Source: Chrysomallon squamiferum | Lineage: Eukaryota; Animalia; Mollusca | Direction of reading: 5' to 3' | Assembly: GCA_012295275.1 (NCBI GenBank) | Contig: CM022665.1 | Span: 5,456,001 to 5,520,000 of the forward strand | DNA length: 64,000 bases | Shown here: positions 55,052 to 64,000 of the stretch, one piece after another | How positions within the stretch are numbered: position 1 is the first letter of the stretch | How the letters are laid out: each line of letters begins with the position of its first letter | Notes under the pieces: generated by a model | The model's database searches: none | What the model was told of the DNA's origin: nothing | What the model saw: the letters and a program-made list of their open reading frames with translations, nothing else | Made by a program: the position numbers and the translations under genes

Positions 55052-55702
55052 TTATTTAAGAGGAATAAATTCATCACCTAGAGAACAAAAGAAACAGAAA
55101 CTTTTGTCGGAAATTGACATCAACCTCAACAGTCAGTAAATAATAAATATATATATATATATATATATATGAACTGATGTTTGTCTGTATGTTGCTGTTG
55201 TTTCGTTTGTTTCTTTTTGCCTTTTTAAAAAAAATAAATAAATAAATAAAATAAAATAAATTCCAATATTTTTTTCTTTTCATTTTTCAACTACCGATAA
55301 AAATATTATCTCACTTACTTTCTTTATTCAAAGTTTCCATTAAATTTTCAACTTCTCTTTCACTGAAGAATTTTGAGAGATCCGACTCAATCTCGAATCT
55401 GTTTTCATTTTGATCATCAGCTCTTTTCTTTCCATATCCTACAACACACAGTACAAAGTGATAAGAACTATTAACATAAACAGTATCAAACCAGTACTAT
55501 TTAAAATGTAATAAGTATTTCTCAACTAGTACCATTTTATTTGAAACAAAAGAAATAAGAAGTGTGACATAATAAATAAAGAACCTGTTGGCATTATTCC
55601 GATTGGTCCAGGACGAGGCCATCCATGACGTCGAGTCCAAAAAGCTGACGAGTCTTCGACGGCCATAAAACAAAGTAAGGCAAAAATAATCACTGGTTTC
55701 AT
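55052..55702 (-). CDS. M6: secreted amidated Trp/Arg/Pro peptide precursor (87 aa)
   Basis: Exons 55702-55585, 55438-55319, 55077-55052(stop). Protein MKPVIIFALLCFMAVEDSSA-FWTRRHGWPRPGPIGIMPTGY-GKKR-ADDQNENRFEIESDLSKFFSEREVENLMETLNKESDEFIPLK*. Confidence 0.9.
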
Positions 55703-55958
55703 CTGTAAGTAAAAAGAAAAGGAATTTTAATTTTAACACAATCAGCAAGTTATTTATTTATTATTTTCTGCGACAGACAGAGAGCTAATAGACAGATACG
55801 CAAACAGAGAAAGGGAGACAAACACACAGACAGATAGATAAATATGAAGATATTAATAACCTTATGAGATTACAGTATTCCAAACCCTGGCGACTCCAAG
55901 CATCTAACAATTGTAATTCAATAAATAAATAAATAATAATAATGAAAAATAAACTTAC

Positions 55959-56103
55959 CTTGATGTTCAAATGAAATGAATATCTTCAAATCTGTACTGT
56001 GTTATGTTTTTCTGTATTTCATATTGTTCTATTTATACATGAAAGGTGTCTCTTCTGCATTGTGTCAAATTTCTGATTTGTTTCTCCAACTGTCAAGTCC
56101 GGG
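55959..56103 (-). promoter_or_regulatory. M6 core promoter and exon 1
   Basis: TATAAATA 56030-56037, cccggacttgacag 56090-56103, donor at 55959. Confidence 0.78.
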
Positions 56104-56146
56104 TTCTCACAAAACGTGTAGGTGAAGAATTAACTTTTATTTCTCC

Positions 56147-56177
<31 letters not shown>

Positions 56178-56648
56178 TAGAACACCTGTTTCATTTAGCC
56201 AGTTTTAATGATCATAGAAAGAACAGAATTCATTTTGGTGAACATTAGATCCTTCTCTCAAGCTCTTAACAGCATTTTTAAAATTTCGTTATCATTTTAG
56301 CAGTATTTCGCAGAAATTGTCAAAAAGTAGTTTAGAACATAGAAAAATACCAACTATCTATATTAATATACGACAACAAAACTTACATAGATTCATACGT
56401 ACGCACGTATATATATATATATATCCATACATATAGTTAGAATCATATATACATACATACATACAAACATACATACATACCTACCTACATACATACATAC
56501 ATACATTCAATCAGTATATGCTAACATACGTAAATATTAATATACAATCATACCATCATACACACATACACACACAGATACATTCATACACACTTACATA
56601 CATACATACAGACATATACATACATACACACATATACATACATACATG

Positions 56649-56680
<32 letters not shown>

Positions 56681-57153
56681 CATACATACACACATAAAGT
56701 TAGAAAGACAGACAGACAGACAACAGACAGACAGACATCTATAGATCCCTACACCACTTTTAAAAATGTTGGTGGTCTAACCAAATGACCAACATTTCCA
56801 TTCCGTATAGCATTTCTGATACGAGCAGCAAAAAGTGTCAAACAATTATAATGTTTATCTGCATATATTACATCTGTCGATATCATGTTCATTATTGGTG
56901 TCAGCACATCCCAGACATCGGGTCACTAGATGACGAGATTTCGTGACAATAATTACAGAAATCAATATCATTTTATTATGTGGGGTTTTTTTTCTCAAAA
57001 GCAAATGTTACACACTAAGAGTTAGGTGTTACGTGTATCTAGAATTACATCAGGTGACTGTGTGAATCAATTATTATTTCTATTATGTTACTAATGAATT
57101 TTGCTGAGTATTTAGATCCGGTCTGTATGTGTACAGATAGAGAGAAAGACTGA

Positions 57154-57208
<55 letters not shown>

Positions 57209-58102
57209 GTTATTATTATTGTGATGGTGTTGGTGGTAATAATGGTAGTAGTAACTATAGCATAACTTGAATTTAATCTTACAAATGCATAGTCAGTTAC
57301 ATATTTCATTTCTATCTCTAGAAGTTATCTAATTTTCATCTACCAGCAAAGTGATCAACACATATGCATATGCACAGACACACACGGACGCGCACACACA
57401 TATACACAGATATATAAAACCTGATAGTAATTTTAGTGAATCAAGAATGACGACAACAAAAGCATTAAGGGAATAACGTACACTTTAAAATAAGGCATTT
57501 AAAATGCGGTCAGAGACCATCATATATGGACTTTTTAATTCTAATTTCATCAAAGACAGGACTGAACCAAAACAAATTATAAATCCATGTTGTGAAGAGA
57601 TCAGTCACTGATTATGATTCATAATTTCCTTCTAATTTCCCACTTATTTCAGAATTGGTTAGTAAAAGTAAAATACTGTACAGAAAGTGTTTAACAACTG
57701 TTTAACAACTGTGAAGGTAAATGCTTTAAAATATAAAATAACTAACAAATACGCCAAAAAAAGTACTACAACAATTTGTTTTGTTTTTGCTTTTTTCTTT
57801 ATTTCTTTATTTTAATTTATTTTATTTTTTTTTGTATTAATCCTCTTTGTTTTTCATCTTAGTAAGTAAACATCAGAAACTGCAAAAGTAAAGAATTATA
57901 ATTATTATAAAACGTTTTTATTTTATTTAACATAATTAATTCTCAATGGATTACAGAATGAAAGAAATGATGGTTAGACTAAATACATATACTCATTATA
58001 CATACATTCAACACACACACACACACACATACGACATGCATGCATACATACATACGTACATACACACACACATACATACATACATACATAAATACATACA
58101 TA

Positions 58103-58180
<78 letters not shown>

Positions 58181-58608
58181 CAATTAAGAAATTTGGGAAT
58201 ATTCAAACAGTTGTCTGATACAAAATGTAACGTCAGCGTGAAAACTTGTGACATGTATCTCAACTTATTATCCGAGTTAGAAGATGCTAAAATATATTAC
58301 ATATAGAGTTGTGTCCCATTGCGTTTGCTTCACACTAACGATTTTTTCAGAAAAATGATAAAACAGATAACAGTTGTGTCCCTTCGTATCTGTTTCGTTA
58401 GACAGTTAAAATATATATATATATTGTTTTTTCTTGTATTTATATTGTTTTAATGGACGAAACACCTTAAACAATAATAATAAAACAAAATTTGTTGAAC
58501 TGTTTCAATTTTATCGTGTTTATGACAATGATCGATTAAAGAAGATGTTGTCCTGTGTTTCGAAACCAGAATAAATATTAATTTACCTTCCATATTATTT
58601 TCTTCTTC

Positions 58609-59333
58609 CTAGAGAGGAATAAATTCATCATCTAAAAAAGAAAATAGAAAGAAAATATTGTGAAATAAAAACAGGCAAGCAACAATACATTTAATAAATT
58701 AATAATAACAATAGAAATAATAACTATTGCAATGAAACAGTAATTCTGTGATGAATAAATAAATATTTCTAAATATTTTTTAAAATTCATTCTTATTTTC
58801 CTTTTAACAATCTAATGAAATATTTGTTTTATTGTTAGGTACAGCTATCATCATGATAAAAGAAAGAAGAAAAAAACAACAAAAAAAAAAACAAGCAAGA
58901 ACAACAAAAACGATTTCTTTTCTCAACCACTTGTAAAAATATTGTCTTACTTTCTTTATCGAGAGTTTCCATTAAATCTTCAACTTCTCTTTCACTGAAG
59001 AATTTTGAGAATTCCGACTCAGTCTTGAATCTGTTTTCATTTTGATGATCAGCTCTTTTCTTTGCGTGTGCTGCGATGCAGAATACAATGTGATAGTATG
59101 TATTTCCATGAAAATATTGAACGTGTATCATTTAAAAGTTGTGTCAAGTATCATTTTATTTTATAAATAAATCAATAAATCAATAAATAAAAATGTGACA
59201 TAATAAATAATGAACCTGAAGGAAGCATTCCTATTGGTCCAGGATTCGGGATCCTTATACGCCATCTCCACGAAGCTGAAGATTCTTCAATAGCCAGAAT
59301 ACCAAGCAAAGCAAGAACAATCGCCAGTTTCAT
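58609..59333 (-). CDS. M7: secreted Trp/Arg peptide precursor, intact paralog of M3 (86 aa)
   Basis: Exons 59334-59216, 59070-58951, 58631-58609(stop). Protein MKLAIVLALLGILAIEESSA-SWRWRIRIPNPGPIGMLPSAHA-KKR-ADHQNENRFKTESEFSKFFSEREVEDLMETLDKENDEFIPL*. Confidence 0.88.
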
Positions 59334-59632
59334 CCTAAGTAAAAAAAGAAAAGTAAAAGAATTTAAATTTTTACAGAATTGAAATGTTATTCATTTAACT
59401 ATAAGATTTTCTACCACGGACTGAAAGATTGTGAATGAGACAGATATGCAAAGATATAGGTAGCTAGAGTAACGGATAAAGACGTTATAAGGTTATAATA
59501 TTCCAAATTATGGAAAAACCAAACATTTAACAGTAACAGTTACATTAATAATAATAATAATGAAAATAATAATAATAAAAATAATAATAATATAACAAAA
59601 ACAATAATAATAATAATGAAAAGGAACCTTAC

Positions 59633-59768
59633 CTTGATGCGCACCTGAAATGATTATATTCAGTTATGTATTTTCCGTATCTCATATTGTTGCATTTATA
59701 CTTGAAAGGTGTTTTGACTTCATCAGATTAAAAAATATGATTTATTTTTTCAAACTGTTAAATCCGGG
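59633..59768 (-). promoter_or_regulatory. M7 core promoter and exon 1
   Basis: TATAAAT 59694-59700, cccggatttaacag 59755-59768, donor at 59633. Confidence 0.72.
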
Positions 59769-60249
59769 TCATGACAAACCATCTGTTAGTGAAAAATTGT
59801 TGTTTGTTTTTTTTGTTGGTTTTTTTTTTTCTTTCTTTCTTTTTTTCTTTGAACGCATTTGTTGGATCTAGAATGGATTATTGATAATTTTCTCGAAGTG
59901 CGCAAGATTTTAGGTGTATAGCTTACCAAAACTGGATTTTCTTTTAAGTTTCACATTTGACTCGCAGTTGAAGATTTCTGTGAATGATGAATAATTACAG
60001 ATTGAATAAAAACACCAGATGGGATGGAAAAACAAAAAAACACTCAAATAAAAATGAATTTTTAATATTATCTTTCTCTATTTGTATCTGTTGTTTCTTT
60101 AATTTATATTTTTTCGGGCTGCTCGTGTCTTTTTTTCTTCTTCTGATTCTCTCTCTTTCTCTCTCCATTTATATGTATATGTATATGTATATATGTGTGT
60201 AGGTGTATGTATATATGTATGTATGTATGTGTGTGTGTGAGTATGTATA

Positions 60250-60280
<31 letters not shown>

Positions 60281-61091
60281 GTATATATTCACACACATAT
60301 ATATCACTTAGACATATTCTAAATTAAATCGAGATTAAATCTGGATTTTGCAGATGTTAATGTGTAATCTGGGAACCAGTAATAACTCAGTTTAATATTT
60401 CCATTTTTCATATTAATAATAAATAACAAAAATAATAATAATTAGTGTGCTTATTTATTTCTATATCTATATAAATATCTATTTGGGATCTGTTACTAAC
60501 TACTTCAAACGGACTGTTTTAGGAACCTCAGGTACCCCCCAAAAATAAAAAATAATAATTCTACAGTTAGCAAAATCTAAGAATCATATTATATCTCCAA
60601 AACACTGACTAGAATAAAAGTTAGACTATTTTTACACGGACATTTGAAATACTTGGCAATGAAACGTGAACTGACCAGATTCGTATATGTGATAAATATT
60701 TAGCAGCAATATTCAATTAAATCTCTATTTTAGTCACAATATTTAAAAACGTGTTCACAGGCCTACTTACCTAAATATATATTTAGTGATCCTCACACAC
60801 GCACACGCACACACATCGGCACAAATATGCACACATGCACGCATTGGGAGAAAAAAAAAAACTACCTTAAGCTAGAAAATCGACATCTAGCCAGAGACAG
60901 TTCAAACCAAATGCAAGTAATCGAAGCCCACGCTTAAAATTTGTAAAGCTGGTTTTATTCGACTCAGTAAAGACTAATTTTGGTAACTCGTTTTCAATTT
61001 GCAATGAGATAACTCTTTCATATCCCAGAAGTAAAGGATTATTAAAGTTATCTCCTTTTGCATGATTACCGCAAACAGAAAAAAGACAAAA

Positions 61092-61187
<96 letters not shown>

Positions 61188-61197
61188 TCTGCATAAC

Positions 61198-61230
<33 letters not shown>

Positions 61231-62376
61231 TACAAATGACCATTTTTAATATACTCTAATAAAATTAATATTAATTTTAAAAATGACGATCATGTAATAA
61301 TGTAATTGGGATAGTGTTCTGAAACAGTTTTAAAATACACGGGGTAAAAAGCTAAAAAAAATATTTACTCTCCTTTCTAAATATTTATTGCAGGAAACAA
61401 CCGATTTTATATCGATATTTTATTTTTATTTTATTTTTTTTTTTTTTTTAACCAATTAGATTAAAAGAAACATCAGACTTTTTGTTTTTGTTTGTTTTAA
61501 GCATAATTTAGATCCATAAATCTGTCGATGTCTTGATATCTGGTGATCGAGTGGGTTAAAGAAAACTTATTTTTCACTCATTTCTAAGTACAAATTAATG
61601 ATCTGTTAATCTGTATAGTCCCAAAAAAATAAATAAATAATAAATAAATAAACAAATAAATAAATAATCGTAAGGTAATGACTGAGTAAATTCACAGCAT
61701 TGCTGGTGGATCCTGTGACAAGACATTACATACTCAGGTAAGATAATCTCAGAGAATCCTGACTCACAATCAGCAGCCTTTTTCCGTCCATGAAATCAAG
61801 CTAGTTAAATAACTCGTGTCGCTGGACATCATGTTGAAATTTTGTTAATTGGTGAATAATGCTGAAATGTCGTAGAATAACTGTATTGAATAAAGTTCAG
61901 TAATGTCAAAAACTACAAGGCAGTTGAACCATAAACAGAAATACATATCATGATAACGTTAAAATAAATTTAGGTCTGTGAAGAATGACAAGTTAATTAT
62001 TATTTTTTGTTTTTTTCTTGTTTTTTTTTTTTGTAGCCATTCTTTTCGTAATTAAAAACAACAGCAACAGCAACTACTACTACTACTATTGTTGCAGATG
62101 ATATTACTACCACTACTGCAACTAATACGACTATTACTACTGCTACAAACTTCAATCGATCTCACTATGTTCAATGCTACTACTATCATTACCACACCTA
62201 CTACTACTACTACTATTATATTCTCTCCTTCATTTCTTTTTTTTTTTTCTTCTTGTACTTTCTTCTTCTTCTTTTTTCCCACTGGCTTAATTTTTTTCTT
62301 CTTCTTTTTTTTAATTTAATTTTATTATTATTATTATTTATTTTATTTTTTTTCCCCTGAGCCCAGAGGAATTGCG

Positions 62377-62408
<32 letters not shown>

Positions 62409-63005
62409 GGACATTAAAAGGTGTTAGTTTGGAAATTAAGATACTACAGGTTCTCTGGAGAATAAGGCTGCTTTTACACGAAAATAATTAAAGATAATTT
62501 GGAGTCTTTAAAGTATCGAAGAAAGATGTTACAAAATCATACAACGACGATGCACAAAACGAGACTGGGTGGCGGTAAACCTATTTACATCGTTATCACG
62601 GGAGATGACAAGCGCCATCAGGCGTTGTTGCTATATTCAATCTGATTATCAGAGTGGCTTTGTTTGCAGCCAAAGATTTAAATGAACAAATGACTTTAGC
62701 ACAGCCTGCGGAAGGCCGATGTCAAGTAATGTAGTGTAAGCACGCGTATAATCAAAGGTCACAATACCAAATTAGCAGTATACAGGAAAATAGTGAAAAG
62801 AGAAAATGGATTTTAACGGATCACTTTTTTTGCTAAAATTACGACAGGTTTTTTGTTGTTGTTGTTTTTTTTGTTGTTTTTTGTGTGTGTGTGGGGGGGG
62901 TATTCACTTTTGTTTTACTTACTATATTATAATGATGACCATTGATTTTTAAAATGTTCATTTTAAATGTACTCATATACAGCGTAAATATTCTGGAGCA
63001 ACATA

Positions 63006-63098
<93 letters not shown>

Positions 63099-63580
63099 AA
63101 TTTCTATTTATTCTCAAACACACACTCATACTCAAAAAAGCGCTATAACATTAAATTAAAAAAAAAAAAAATGCCTTCTCTTACAACTACGCTGTTTTCA
63201 AAATCATTTTAATCCCTGGTTCAACGAAGGTGAAAATCTAAATTAGTGTACTTTCAACAGCGAGAGCTCCTAAAATTAATAACACAACCTATAAAACTGC
63301 AAACACGTTTTCAGTCTAAAATAGGAGCGAAACAGGAAGTATGTATAAAAAAAAAAAAAAAAAAAAATTAAAAAAAAATTAAAAAAAGAAGAAGTAGAAA
63401 TCTAAATGCACTCAGGCGTATTGAATTAATCTTAAGAAATCGGCAATATTTCTTGATCAAAGTGTTTCGCAGGATCAGTGATATAAAATGTAATATCAAT
63501 GATAAACAGTTTTGTGGAAGTCTCGTTAATGCGTTCTGCGCCGTTAAAACGCGAAACTGATGAGGCGACAATAATGTTGT

Positions 63581-63618
<38 letters not shown>

Positions 63619-64000
63619 CAACGATCACATTTTTGGCTGGTGGAAAGAAAGGGGAAATGATTGTTTTCTAACGTTGTACGTCAGTTCTTTCAGAAGGGGC
63701 AGCGACATGTAACAGATTGTCAGACGATTAGTTGAAATGTAGAAATGGAATTCAGTGATTCCAATACAGCTGGACAGTTACGTTATAGTTTGAAACACAC
63801 AAAAAAATAGAACTGTTCCAGTGAATGAATATATGAATGAGAGAATTAAGGGAAAAACGAACGAACGGATGAATGTATGAATGAATGAATGAATGAATGA
63901 ATGAATGAATGAATGAAAACTGGTTGAGGAAATTATATTTAACAATTCTTCATGTACTTGCAGAAAGAAAACCTACTGATTATTAATATGCAATTTTTCC

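Larger units (their letters stand above)
49040..60075. repeat. Further duplicated block paralogous to ~25550-32230, with an internal ~4.4-kb tandem duplication (M5 and M6 units)
   Basis: Collinear intergenic sequence; M2-M3 arrangement mirrored by M5-M6-M7. Confidence 0.8.

Noticed and set aside
61698-61737. Isolated 40-nt segment with cag/gtaag boundaries
   Set aside because: Weak pyrimidine tract and no partner exons identified; cannot support an exon call
62520-62800. Locally GC-richer unique sequence, possible enhancer or exon
   Set aside because: No ORF, splice structure or recognisable motif set to support a call

Overview
AT-rich, microsatellite-dense eukaryotic (animal) genomic DNA. 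A mollusc or other lophotrochozoan is a guess, not established. Most ORF-track entries are microsatellite read-through or intron-extended exons. Splicing the sequence by hand reveals a tandemly duplicated cluster of two related families of small secreted peptide precursor genes. The + strand family (P1-P3, plus a relic) encodes polyproteins of short Trp/Pro/Arg-rich peptides (e.g. FPWWPF-amide, LPGWPHRRWRF) separated by acidic spacers and KR/RR sites. It is built from phase-1 symmetric exons, including 15-nt micro-exons. The - strand family (M1-M7, plus relics) encodes a signal peptide, one hypervariable cationic Trp/His/Pro/Arg peptide, a (G)KKR site and a conserved acidic propiece; two members start with an ATCUN-type Xaa-Xaa-His motif. 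Both families share promoter and exon-1 motifs. The architecture suggests a fast-evolving host-defence (antimicrobial) peptide locus undergoing birth-and-death evolution. Function is inferred, and I do not recognise the families by name.
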